Shown: piece after piece, positions 37,924-49,752 of the stretch
How the letters are laid out: every line of letters begins with the position of its first letter
How positions within the stretch are numbered: position 1 is the stretch's first letter
Source: Mustelus asterias
Taxonomy: Eukaryota
Assembly (NCBI RefSeq): GCF_964213995.1
Contig: NC_135829.1
Span: forward strand, 16,616,001-16,680,000
Length of the DNA stretch: 64,000 bases
Reading direction: 5' to 3'
The notes under the pieces: generated by a model
The model's input: the letters and a program-made list of their open reading frames with translations, nothing else
Database searches by the model: none
What the model was told of the DNA's origin: nothing
Translations under genes and position numbers: made by a program

Positions 37924-38019
37924 CTCTTCAAAGAGGCAGAGGGCTGCCTCATATAATGAGCACAGACCATCCGGCGTCCTAGTGGGTTCTCGCCATTGAC
38001 TCCTATCACCCGATGAACC
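37924..38019 (-). CDS. HERC1: HERC1 exon 3 (96 nt)
   Basis: GSSGDRSQWREPTRTPDGLCSLYEAALCLFEE; cacag| and |gtgcgt splice sites; phase 0/0. Confidence 0.96.
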
Positions 38020-38392
38020 CTGTGAGAATCAAAGTTTTCACAGTTAATTAAAAACAGCAAATGAAAGTTATCATTAGTGCCTGAACAACAAATTAGAAGT
38101 GGCCAGAAGAGATCAATGCACTCAGACACAAGTGAAACAGCAACAAAACACATATCCTTAAACACATTCACACTAATTAACAGTGCCATTCATGGAAAGG
38201 GCCACGCAAAGATGTTTTATAGGAAGGAGAGCAGCATAAACAATATGAGGAAGCCAGTATGAGGAATTTCAAATGAGAATCCCACAGTAAGAGTGCAAGC
38301 AAAAGTCAAATAGCCGTAGATAAGGTGATTTTTAACAGTTCAAATGAATAATTCCCTCCCCACCCCCCCCCCCCCTTATTGTTTGTTTAGGG

Positions 38393-38393
38393 G

Positions 38394-38432
<39 letters not shown>
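38393..38432. repeat. (GA)n microsatellite
   Basis: Seen directly. Confidence 0.95.
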
Positions 38433-38436
<4 letters not shown>

Positions 38437-38643
38437 TATTTTACACAGAGGGTGGTGGGGGCCTGGAATGCGCTGCCGGGCAAGGTGGTGGAGGCGGACA
38501 CACTGGAAACGTTTAAGACTTATCTAGATAGCCACATGAATGGAGTGGGAATGGAGGGATACGAAAGAATGGTCTAGTTTGGACCAGGGAGCGGCGCGGG
38601 CTTGGAGGGCCGAAGGGCCTGTTCCTGTGCTGTATTGTTCTTT
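38433..38643 (+). mobile_element. CR1 3' end
   Basis: YFTQRVVGAWNALP; tail gtattgttcttt; abuts a (GA)n repeat. Confidence 0.85.
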
Positions 38644-39392
38644 GTACCCACAGTGCCGTTTGGGAGGGAGTGCCAGGATTTTGACCCAGCAACAATGAAA
38701 GAACAGAGATATATTTCCAAGTCAGGATGGAGAGTGGCTTGGAGGGGAACTTCCAGGTGATTGCATTCCTAGGAATCTGCTGTTCTTGTCCTTCCAGATG
38801 GCAGTGGGCTGGGTTTGGAAGCTGCTGCCTAAGGAACTTTGGTGAATTCCTATAGAGCATCTTGTAGATGGTACACTGTCTGGGACATTATTTGTAAGGA
38901 TGATTCTGTGAGCATGATTACAGCAAGCAGTTGCTTGACTAGGTTATGAGGCAGCTCTCCCAATTTTGACACAAGCAACCAGAAGTTGCTAAGGAGGACT
39001 TTGCAGGTTGTTTTGGTGTTGTCGCTTCCGGTGCCTAGGTCAATGCTGGGTAGCCCACCCGGTTTGATTCCTTTTTACTGACTTTGTAGCGGTTGAATAC
39101 AACTGAGGGGCTTGTGAGGACATCTGAGAGTCAACCACATTGCTGTGGATTTGGAGTCACATGTAGGCTAGGTCAGGCCAGAGTGGCAGGTTTCCTAAAG
39201 AACATTAGTGAACCAGTTAGGTTTTTTTCAAAAACGACAATGGTCACCATTAAACTTTTAATTCCAGATGTTTTTTTTATATAGAGTTTAAATTCCACCA
39301 TCTGCCGTGTTGGGATTCGAACCCCAAGAGCATTACCCTGGGTCTCTGGATTACTAGTCAAGTGACAATATCACTGTGCCACCAGCTCCCCC
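38644..39392 (-). mobile_element. Internally deleted LINE with tRNA-derived (Pol III box A/B) head
   Basis: Head TGGCACAGTGA..GGTTCGAATCC, then APE-like N-terminus CKVLLSNFWLLVSKLGEL..LVKQ..VIMLTES, then a jump to the C-terminal CTIYKM..LRQQLPNP..GSKSWHSLP. Confidence 0.7.
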
Positions 39393-40364
39393 ATGTAAGC
39401 CACAGTAATACAACTGGGCAGTCAACAAGCAAGTTCATCTGTTTGACATTTAAAAAACACGACTTTGGATTGTCCAAATAAATTTCACCTATAACAGATC
39501 ACTATAAAAGTTAGTGCCAGATTAGTGAAGATAGCCAAGAGAACTTTATCAAGGAACCAAACACACAAAATAGTGCTTTAACAGTAGTATCTCACAGAGG
39601 AAAATGCTGTGCTAACAAATATCATGGAGGGAGTGAGATTGGTTAGGAGACATGGGATGGGGAAATTGTACCCAACATGTACCACAGTGGAGGGAGCTAC
39701 CCTAAACATCAGGGAGGGGACTCTCTGATTGTTGCCAACTAAACTGCACTAACAGGTATAATCCACCATCCAAATCTCCATGCTCTCAATCCTTATACCA
39801 CAGGATCTCTCTAGATACGCACGGGAAATATCTCTCGGGTCGGTTTGCATGCCACGAACAACTATCTGCATTTTTAAAAATAGGTTTCTAATTTGCTTCA
39901 AACACCTGCCTCGACTTAACCATAGAGTGGCAGAAACAAAACAGACCGATGCATACTTTCCACAGCCGTACATTCCCCAGAGAATGATGAACTGCACATG
40001 CAAAGGTGCATAAATGATTATACAAGTGACAGTGTGCACTTTGTGAAGATAGCGTGCAATAACCCTCCCCAAGGTTGTGTAGAAGAATGAACATTTCTCA
40101 GGAAGTCCCCAAGATGTTCACTCTTAATCACATTTCTCATTTCTTGGAAGGGTGAAAGGTTGATTGGCGTCTCCTGGCTGACCTACTTATTTGCTGCGGC
40201 CATGGCCAATGACTCCTCTACACAATTCCAGCACCTTAGAAGTGCACAGATAAAAAGGAGGGAGGTGGGCAAAATAGAAGGCTCTAAGCATATATCTGAA
40301 GAGCACAAAGTTCTAGGAATAAATTAACCCATTTCATCTACAGCACCCAGTTTTAGTTACTAAA

Positions 40365-41900
40365 TGCATAGAATTATTACGGCACAGGCCACCAACCCCA
40401 TGCCAGCTCTCTGACAAGCAATCCAGTCAGTCCCTCCCCCACTCCATCACCCACATAGCCCTGGAAGTGCCCATCCAATTTCCTTTTGTAATCACTGATC
40501 ATCTCTGCTTTCATCCTCGGTGGCAGCAAGCTCCTAGTCATTACCACTTGCTGCATAAAACAATTCTGCCTCACATCACCACGGTATCTCTTCCCCAAAA
40601 GCCTTAGGTCTGTTCCCCAGTCCTTGTACCATCAGCTAGAAGGAACAGCTTTTGTTGTCTACCTTACCCAAGCTTATCGTATTCTTCAATACCTCTTTGA
40701 AATCTTCCCTTGATCTTCTTGGGACAGGAGCAATCTAAACCTGTAGCTAAAATTCTTCATCCACAGAACCTACTCTGGTAAACCAACTCTGCACCCTAAC
40801 ATCCTTCCTGAAGTATAGTGACCAGGATTGGATACAGTACTATAAAAGTTCGGCATAAATTCCCTGCTTTTGTACTCAATAACTCACGAATGTCAAGATC
40901 CCGTATCCTTTGCTAACCATTCCCTCAAAATGTCCTTCAAAGATTGATGCACGTACATCCCCAAGTCCCTCTGCCCCTACATTTTCTTTGGAACCATGCC
41001 ATTAAGTACGCATTGGCCAAATACCATCATCCCACACTTTTGTCCTAAATTCCAGCTGCCATTTGCCTGCCCATTCTACTAGCCTTTATTTCCTGCTGCA
41101 GTTAATTGGCACCATCCTCATTTTTGTCATACCTCCAAGTTTGTTATCAACAAATTTTACTCTGAATTCCAAACCCAAGTCATTTGTATGTATCAAAAAA
41201 ACAGTGGTCCTGGCATTGATCCTTGGGGGACACCACTGTCTACCAGTCTCCAGAAACTCTGCTTCTGATCTTGGATTTAAAAAAAACTAATTTAAGCGGA
41301 CCATAAGATGTAGGAGCAGAATTAGGCCATTCAGCCCATCGGGTTTGCTCCGTCATTCAATCATGGCTGATACGATTCTCATCCCCATTCTTCTGCCTTC
41401 TCCCCATAACCCTTGATCCCCTTTTTAATCAAGAACCTGTCTTAAAGATACTCAATGACATGGACTCCACAGGCTTCCATGGCAATGAGTTCCACATATT
41501 CACCACCCTCTGGCTGAAGAAATTCCTCCTCATCTCAGTTTAAAAGGGGTGTCCCTTTACTCTGAGTTCTAGTCTCTCCCACTAGTGGAAACATCCTCTC
41601 CATGTCCATTCTATCTAGGCCCTCCTATTTTCATGAGCCTCAATTTTGTTAACCAGTCTTTTACGTGATACTTTATCAAACACTAATCCTTGTAGACAAC
41701 ATCGACCAGATTGCCCTCATAAATCCTACATAAATAATTGAATTTTTTGATGGAGTAAAGTCAAAACATGATCTGTCTTTTACAAATCCGTGCTGGCTCT
41801 CCTTCATTAACTCAAACTTCCCCAACTCAAACTTCTCCACGTGCAAGTTCCCAATTACTGTTTCAAACACCTTACCCATCACTGATGTTAAACTGTAGTT
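40365..41900 (-). mobile_element. Decayed CR1 fragments (several pieces)
   Basis: GKRYRGDVRQNCF, ESQHGFVK, and a CR1 3' UTR at 41300-41620. Confidence 0.72.
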
Positions 41901-42287
41901 ACTACTAGGAGTGTTCTTTCACGAACAAGAATGTTACATTTTCCAACCTTCTAACAATATGGTGTACAGTTCTGGTCACCTTATTATAGAAAGGACATTA
42001 AACTAGAAAGAATGCAGAAATGATTTACTAGGATGCTACCGGGACTTGATGGTTCGGGTTATAAGGAGAGGCTGGATAGACTGGGACTTTTTCCCTGGAG
42101 CATAGGAGGCTTAGGGGTGATCTTATAGAGGTCTATAAAATAATGAGGGACATAGATAAGGGAGATAGTCAACATCTTTTCCCAAAGGTAGGGGAGTCTA
42201 ATACTAGAGGGCATAGGTTTAAGGTGAAAGGGGAAAGATACAGGGGCAATATTTTCACTCAGGGTTGAATATGTCTGGAAATTAGCT

Positions 42288-44267
42288 CAGTAAGAAGTCT
42301 CACAACACCAGGTTAAAGTCCAACAGGTTTATTTGGTAGCAAATACCATAAGCTTTCGGAGCGCTGCTCCTTCGTCAGATGGAGTGGAAATGTGCTCTCA
42401 AACAGGGCACAGCGACACAACATCAAGTTACAGAATACTGATTAGAATGCGAATCCCTAAAGCCAGCCAGGTCTTAAAGGTACAGACAATGTGGGTGGAG
42501 GGAACATTAAACACAGGTTAAAGAGATGTGTATTGTCTCCAGACAGAACAGCTAGTGAGATTCTGCAAGCCCAGGAGGCAAGCTGCGGGGGTTACTGATA
42601 ATGTGACGTAAATCCAACATCCCGGTTTAGGCCGTCCTCATGTGTGCGGAACTTGGCTATCAGTTTCTGCTCAGCGACTCGGCGCTGTCGTGTGTCGTGA
42701 AGGCCGCCTTGGAGAACACTTACCTGAAGATCCAAGGCTGAATGCCCGTGACTGCTGAAGTGCTCCCCCACAGGAAGAGAACAGTCTTGCCTGGTGATTG
42801 TCGAGCGGTGTTCATTCATCCGTTGTCGTAGCGTCTGCATGGTTTCCCCAATGTACCATGCCTCGGGACATCCTTTCCGGCAGCGTATCAGGTAGTCAAT
42901 GTTGGCCGAGTTGCAAGAGTAGGTACCGTGTACCTGGTAGATGGTGTTCTCACGTGAGATGATGGCATCCGTGTCGATGATCCGGCACGTCTTGCAGAGG
43001 TTGCTGTGGCAGGGTTGTGTGGTGTCGTGGTCACTGTTCTCCTGAAGGCTGGGTAGTTTGCTGCGGACAATGGTCTGTTGAGGTTGCGTGGTTGTTTGAA
43101 GGCAAGAAGTGGGGTGTGGGGATGGCCTTGGCAAGATGTTCGTCTTCATCAATGACATGTTGAAGGCTCTGGAGGAGATGCCGTAGCTTCTCCGCTCCAG
43201 GGAAGTACTGGACGACGAAGGGTACTCTGTCCACTGTGTCCCGTGTTTGTCTTCTGAGGAGGTCGGTGCGGTTTTTCGCTGTGGCGTGTCGGAACTGTTG
43301 ATCGATGAGTCGAGCGCCATATCCTGTTCTTATGAGGGCATCTTTCAGCGTCTGGAGGTGTCTGTTGCGATCCTCCTCATCCGAGCAGATCCTGTGTATT
43401 CGGAGGGCTTGTCTGTAGGGGATGGCTTCTTTAACGTGTTTAGGGTGGAAGCTGGAGAAGTGGAGCATCATGAGGTTATCCGTGGGCTTGTGGTACAGTG
43501 AGGTGCTGAGGTGACCGTCCTTAATGGAGATGCGTGTCCAAGAATGCAACCGATTCCGGAGAGTAGTCCATGGTGAGTCTGATGGTGGGATGGAACTTGT
43601 TGATGTCATCATATAGTTGTTTCAGTGATTGTTCACCATGAGTCCAAAGGAAGAAAATATCATCGATGTATCTACTAGTGTATAGCATCGGTTGAAGGTC
43701 CTGTGAAGAAGTCTTGTTCGAACCTGTGCATGAAGATGTTGGCATATTGAGGAGTGAATTTGGACCCCATGGCTGTTCCGTGTGTCTGGATGAAGAACTG
43801 GTTGTTGAAGGTGAAGACATTGTGGTCCAGGATGAAGCGGATGAGTTGTAAAATTGCATCTGGAAACTGGCAGTTGACGGCATTGAGTATTGAGGCCGTT
43901 GCAGCAATGCCATCATCGTGGGGGATGCTGGTGTAGAGTGCCGAGACATCCATTGTGACGAGGAGTGCTCCTGGTTCAACTGCCCCATGTGTACTGAGTT
44001 TCTGTAGGAAGTCCGTAGTGTCGCGACAAAAGCTGGGGGTTCTTTGTACAATGGGTTTCAGGATTCCCTCGACATAGCCGGAGAGGTTCTCGCACAGGGT
44101 CCCATTGCCCGATACGATGGGACGGCCAGGTGTGTTGGCCTTGTGTATCTTTGGGAGGCAGTAGAGGTCTCCAACGCGTGGAGTACGTGGGATGAGAGCA
44201 CGGAGGGTGTTTTGAAGGTCCGGATCAACGGTTTTGATCAGAGTGTTGAGTTGATGGGTGTGTTCTT
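42288..44267 (-). mobile_element. Penelope-like element (Neptune-type), 5'-truncated and frameshifted: RT + GIY-YIG + pLTR
   Basis: Three consecutive frames give ..PKIHKANTPGRPIVSG..MDVSALYTSIPH..HGTAMGS, then RYIDDIFFLW, then a Cys linker PCHSNLCKTC and YLIRC..WYIGET..RQRMNEH. 12-bp TSD tggaaat(t/g)agct at 42276-42287 / 44268-44279 inside a CR1 fragment. Confidence 0.93.
42346..42382 (-). ncRNA. Minimal type I hammerhead ribozyme (Penelope pLTR)
   Basis: CCAU-CUGACGA-A-GGAGC-agc-GCUCC-GAA-A-gc-U-U-AUGG: full catalytic core, stem I CCAU/AUGG, stem II GGAGC/GCUCC, palindromic minimal stem III. Confidence 0.82.
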
Positions 44268-44466
44268 TGGAAATGAGCTGCCAGAGGTAGTAGCAGAGGC
44301 GGATGCAATTTTGTCTTTTAAAAAGCATTTAGACAGTTACATGGGTAAGATGGCTATAGAGGGATCTGGCCAAATGGGACTACCTTAATGGTAAAAACTG
44401 GGCAGCATGGACAACTGGGCCAAAGGGCCTGTCTCCATGCTGTAAACCTCTGACTCTATAACCTAC

Positions 44467-45067
44467 GGTAGTCATGATGTGGAGATGCCGGCGTTGGACT
44501 GGGGTAAGCGCAGTAAGAAGTCTCACAACACCAGGTTAAAGTCCAACCACTCGACAATCACCAGGCAAGACTGTTCTCTTCCTGTGGGGGAGCACTTCAG
44601 CAGTCACGGGCATTCAGCCTTGGATCTTCAGGTAAGCGTTCTCCAAGGCGGCCTTCACGACACACGACAGCGCAGAGTCACTGAGCAGAAACTGATAGCC
44701 AAGTTCCACACACATGAGGACAGTCTAAACCGGGATGTTGGATTTATGTCACATTATCAGTAACCCCCACAGCTTGCCTCCTGGACTTGCACAATTTCAC
44801 AAGCTGTACTGTCTGGAGACAATACACATCTCTTTAACCTGTGTTGAATGCTCCCTCCACCCACATTGTCTGTACATTTAAGACCTGGCTGGCTGTAGAG
44901 ATTTGCATTCTAATCAGTATTCTGTAATTTGATTTCTGTGTCTGTGCCCTGTTTGAGAACAGAGACCACTCCATCTGACGAAGGAGCATTGCTCCGAAAG
45001 CTTATGGTATTTGCTACCAAATAAACCTGTTGGACTTTAACCTGGTGTTGTGAGACTTCTTACTGTG
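44467..45067 (+). mobile_element. Penelope 3' fragment/pLTR with inverted terminal arm
   Basis: GIY-YIG C-terminus (HSTITRQDCSLPVGEHFSSHGH...SHYQ*) plus pLTR; the left ~80 nt are the inverted pLTR end. Perfect 12-bp TSD tctataacctac at 44455-44466 / 45068-45079. Confidence 0.9.
44971..45007 (+). ncRNA. Minimal type I hammerhead ribozyme
   Basis: ccat-ctgacga-a-ggagc-att-gctcc-gaa-a-gc-t-t-atgg. Confidence 0.82.
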
Positions 45068-45478
45068 TCTATAACCTACACCATGAGCTATTATCATATT
45101 TTTAAAACTTCAACAGTTTATCATAGTCGAAAGAGAAAAAACACAGTTATACGCAGCATAAACGTTTCTCTTTACCAACGCACTGCTATTTTCTCACAGC
45201 AGCCCATTAAATGTCAGGCACATCTCTCATTTTACTAATCCATGCTTCTGAATTAACTCAATTCTATCATGCATCACCTTTCACAACATGTGCATTATTA
45301 ATGTTAGGTTGACTGGTCCGTGGATAACTTGTCTTATTCCCTTTTGAACAGCTGCTAGACTGAGACCTCTGCAGTCTATGGGCACCTCATAAACCAGAGA
45401 TAATTGAATAATTATGCTCAGGGCTTCTGCTATTTCTTCTGCCATCCTGCTGTATTTCAGATGTCTTTCTTTTGTTTT

Positions 45479-45854
45479 GTACCTTTTGGTACTTTATTCC
45501 TAATCAAAAAAGCCAATTAGGTCCATTCATGGCCCCCACCCAAGGGACAAACCAGATCCAAGCTGACAGGACAATGATATTGTACCACATCTTGGGCTCG
45601 ATCAAACAAGATCCAAGCTGACAAGATGAGGCATTGCACACCCTCCCGGACTTGATCTAACACTTCATCTCAGCCAAAAGGCCAAGATGCCTTTGGAAAA
45701 AATTGCATCAGGTAAAGCCTCAGTTTAACATCATTGGTACCCTGATCACACACTCTACCCAAGGATAACCACGATCTAGGCATCAGCATACCCCAAGTGT
45801 AATGGCCAACCATGTCCCCTGCCTGATCATGGTTTCACCCCTGCCAGGTAAGTT
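45479..45854 (-). mobile_element. U1/U2 snRNA-derived chimeric retroposon (SINEU-like)
   Basis: U1-like 5' part 45778-45853, U2-like 5' part 45660-45690, two ~55-nt tandem units, AATAAA, and a degenerate 19-bp flanking direct repeat (45460-45478 / 45855-45873). Confidence 0.75.
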
Positions 45855-45892
45855 GATGCAGTTCTATTGTTTTCATTAATACTACCTTATCC

Positions 45893-46215
45893 AGGCAGCA
45901 CAATGGCACAGTGGGTTAGCACTGCTGCCTCACAGCACCAGGGACCTGGTTTCGATTCCCAGCTTGGGTCACTGCCTGTGCAGAGTCTGCACGTTCTCCC
46001 AGTGTCTGCGTGGGTTTCCTCCGGGTGCTCCAGTTTCTTCACAGTCTGAAAGATGTGCTGGTTAGGTGGATTGGCCATGCTAAATGGCCCCTTAGTATCA
46101 GGGGGACTAGCTAAGCTAAATGCATGCAGTTATGGGGATAGGGCCTGGGTGGGATTGTGGTCGGTGCAGATGCGATGGGCCGAATGGCCTCTTTCTGCAC
46201 TGTAGGGATTCTATC
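45893..46215 (+). mobile_element. HE1-like SINE type A
   Basis: Consensus match. Confidence 0.9.
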
Positions 46216-46344
46216 CATATTTATCCTCACAGATTGCTCTATTTTTTCTTCTTGTACCCCCTCATTCCAACTACCACATTGTGAAAACCAAAACTGGGTA
46301 TTCATATATTTATCAGTGTCATTACTCCAGTATATTTTCTTTTT

Positions 46345-47102
46345 CCATAAGACCATAAGACATAGGAGCAGAATTAGGCCATTCAACCCATCGAGTCTGC
46401 TCCGCCATTCAATCATGGCTGATATTTTTCTCATCCCCATTCTCCTGCCTTTTCCCCATAACCCCTGATCCCCTTATTAATCAAGAGCCTATCTTTTTCT
46501 GTCTTAAAGACACTCAATGACCTGGCCTCCACAGCCTTCTGCGGCAAAGAGTTCCACAGATTCACCACTCTTTGGCTGAAGAAATTCCTCCTCATCTCTG
46601 CTTTAAGGGTCGTCCCTTTAGCCTGAGGTTGTGCCCTCTGGTTCTAGTTTTCCTACTAGAGGAAACATCCTTCCAGATCTACTCTGTCCAGGCCTCGCAG
46701 TATCCTGTAAGTTTCAATAAGATCCCCCCTCATCCTTCTAAACTCCAACAAGTACAGACCCAGAGTCCTCAACTGCTCCTCATATGACAAGCTCTTCATT
46801 CCAAACATCATTTTTGTGAACCTCCTCTGGACCCTTTCCAAGGCCAGCACATCCTTCCTTAGATATGGGGCCCAAAACTGCTCACAATACTCCAAATGGG
46901 GTCTGACCAGAGCCTTATACAGCGTCAGAAGAACATCCCTGCTCTTGTATTCTAGCCCTCTCGACATGAATGCTAACATTGCATTTGCCTTCCTAACTGC
47001 CGACTGAACCTGCACATTAACCTTAAGAGAATTGTCAACAATGACTCCCAAGTCTCTTTGTGCTTCTGATTTCCTAAGCATTTTCCCATTTAGAAAATAG
47101 TC
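46345..47102 (-). mobile_element. CR1 LINE 3' fragment
   Basis: YFLNGK..QRDLGV..RPHLEYCEQFWAPYLRKD; tail tcttatggtcttatgg. Confidence 0.9.
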
Positions 47103-47227
47103 TTTCATAAAAGCCTTCATAAGTCTGCCCAGCCATTCCTTTACTGTTATTTGATGCTTTGATTTTATAAAGCCATTTAATATTTGTTGCCCGTTTACTA
47201 TTTGGTATCCACCCAGTTGTTTTTTTA

Positions 47228-47563
47228 GGGGCAGCACGGTGGCACAGTGGTTAGCTCTACTGCCTCATAGCGCCAGGGACCCAGGTTCAATTCTGGCCTC
47301 TGGTGACTGTCTGTGTGGAGTGTGCACGGACCTCCCCGTGTCTGCGTGGGTTTTCTCTGGGTGTTCCGGTTTCCTCCCACAGTCCAAAGATGTGCGAAGT
47401 AGGCTGATTGACCATGCTAAAATTGCTCTTTAGTGTCCCAAGATGTGTAGGTTAGGGGGATTAACGAGGCAAATGCACGGGGATTGGGGGGGCTGGGTAA
47501 GATGCTCTGTGGAAGAGTCAGTGTAGACTTGATGGGCCGAACGGCCTGTAGGGATTCTATGAT
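47228..47563 (+). mobile_element. HE1-like SINE type A (minus-strand fragment also at 47689-47784)
   Basis: Consensus match. Confidence 0.88.
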
Positions 47564-47796
47564 TCCAAAAAATAAACTTTCAATGCTTTTTGGCCTTTTC
47601 CAGAGTCTGAGCTTAGGGATGGGATCAATGTTATACAAGGCTGCACCACAACCAGATGGGTTGAGCTGCTCGACCAGATCATCTCCACTTAACCCGCACA
47701 TCTTTAGACTGTGGGAGGAAACCCACACAGACACGGGGAGAATGTGCAGACTCCGCACAGAGACCCAAGCCGGGAATCGAACCCTTTTCATAATGT

Positions 47797-49752
47797 GTGT
47801 ATAGCTTTAAAAAAACAACAAAGAACGACTAAGAGCGATTAAGGAAAGGAAAGATAGATTATGAAACTAAACTAGCTCAAAATATAAAAAATGATAGTAA
47901 AAGTTTTTACAAATATATAAAAAGGAATAGAGTGGCTTGAGTGAATGTTGGACCCTTGGAGGATGAGAGCGGGGATTTAATAGTGGAAAACGAGGAAATG
48001 GCTGAGACTTTAAATAAGTTCTTTGTGTCGGTCTTCACGGTGGAAGACACAAATAGTTTACCGAATATTAGAGATCGAGAGTTGGTGGGAGGCGAGTTCC
48101 TTAATACAATTACTATTACTAAAGAGGTAGTGCTTGGTAGACTAATGGGACTGAAGGTAGACAAGTCCCCGGGCCCGGATGGAATGCATCCCAGGGAACT
48201 GAAAGAAATGGCTGAGGTAATAGCAGATGCATTAGTAGTTATTTATCAAAATTCATTGGAATCTGGGGTAGTGCCAGCTGATTGGAAAACAGCTACTGTT
48301 ACGCCGCTGTTTAAAAAAGGAAGTAGACAAAAGGCGGGTAACTACAGGCCGGTTAGCTTAACGTCCGTAGTTGGGAAGATGCTGGAGTCCATCATTAAAG
48401 AGGAAATAGCAGAGCACCTGGATAAGAATGGTTCGATCAAGCAGACGCAGCATGGATTCATGAAGGGAAAGTCGTGTTTCACGAATTTACTGGATTTTTA
48501 TGAAGATATAACGAGTGCAGTTGACAGAGGGGAACTGGTGGATGTGGTGTTTTTAGATTTCCAGAAGGCATTCGATAAGGTGCCCCACAAAAGGTTGCTG
48601 CAGAAGATTGGGGTACATGGAGTTGGGGGTAAAGTGTTAGCATGGATTGGGGATTGGCTATCTAACAGGGAGCAGAGAGTTGGAATAAATGGGTGCTTTT
48701 CTGGTTGGCAGTTGGTGACCAGTGGCGTGCCGCAGGGATCGGTGCTGGGGCCTCAACTGTTTACCATTTACATAGATGATCTGGAGGAGGGGACTGAGTG
48801 TAGGGTATCAAAGGTTGCTGATGACACGAAGATGAGTGGGAAAGCAAATTGCGTGGAGGATGCGGAAAGTCTGCAGAGAGATTTGGATAGGCTGAGCAAG
48901 TGGGCGACGATCTGGCAGATGGAATATAACGTTAGCAAATGTGAGGTTATCCACTTTAGAAGAAATAATAGTAAATTGGAATATTATTTAAATGGAGAAA
49001 AATTACATCATGCTACTGTGCAGAGGGACCTGGGGGTCCTTGTGCACAAATCGCAAAAACTCATCTGCAGGTGCAGCAGGTGATCAAGAAGGCGAATGGA
49101 ATGTTGGCCTTTATCGCGAGGGGGATAGATTATAAAAGCAGGGAGGTCTTGCTGCAACTGTACAAGGCACTGGTGAGGCTGCAACTGGAGTACTGTGTGC
49201 AGTTTTGGTCCCCTTATTTGCGAAAGGATATATTGGCCTTGGAGGGAGTGCAGAGAAGGTTCACCAGGTTGATACCGGAGATGAGGGGTGTAGCTTATGA
49301 GGAGAGATTGAACAGATTGGGTCTGTACTCGTTGGAGTTTAGAAGGCCGAGGGTGATCTTATAGAGACATACAAGATAGTGAAGGGGCTGGATAGGGTAT
49401 AGGTAGAGAGATTCTTGCCACTTAGAAGGGAAACCAGAACTAGAGGGCACAGCCTCAAAATAAGTGGGGGCCGGTTCAGAACAGAGTTGAGGGGGAACTT
49501 CTTCTCTCAGAGGGTAGTGAATCTCTGGAATTCTCTGCCCATTGAAGTGGTGGAGGCTACCTCGTTGAATATGTTTAAATCACGGATAGATAGATTTCTG
49601 ATCGATAAAGGGAATTAAGGGATATGGGGAGCAGGCGGGTAAGTGGAACTGATTCGCTTCAGATCAGCCATGATCTTGTTGAGTGGCGGGGCAGGCTCGA
49701 GGGGCTAGATGGCCTACTCCTGCTCCTATTTCTTATGGTCTTATGTTCTTAT
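47797..49752 (+). mobile_element. CR1-clade LINE, 5'-truncated and frameshifted
   Basis: ORFs 47941-49083, 49071-49364 and 49415-49618 with DFQKAFD, GVPQGSVLGP and KVADD; tail tcttatggtcttatgttcttat. Confidence 0.94.

Larger units (their letters stand above)
41960..44460 (+). mobile_element. CR1 3' fragment (41960-42287 + 44268-44460) split by the Penelope insertion
   Basis: Same subfamily as 2936-3428; the sequence is collinear across the Penelope TSD. Confidence 0.88.

Noticed and set aside
39749-40190. Overlapping short ORFs as an extra HERC1 exon or a transposase
   Set aside because: Exons 2 and 3 already join in frame to give the expected protein, and no recognisable motif is present.
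45660-45853. Functional U1 or U2 snRNA genes
   Set aside because: Both are 5' fragments lacking the Sm site and 3' stem-loops, embedded in a composite insertion.
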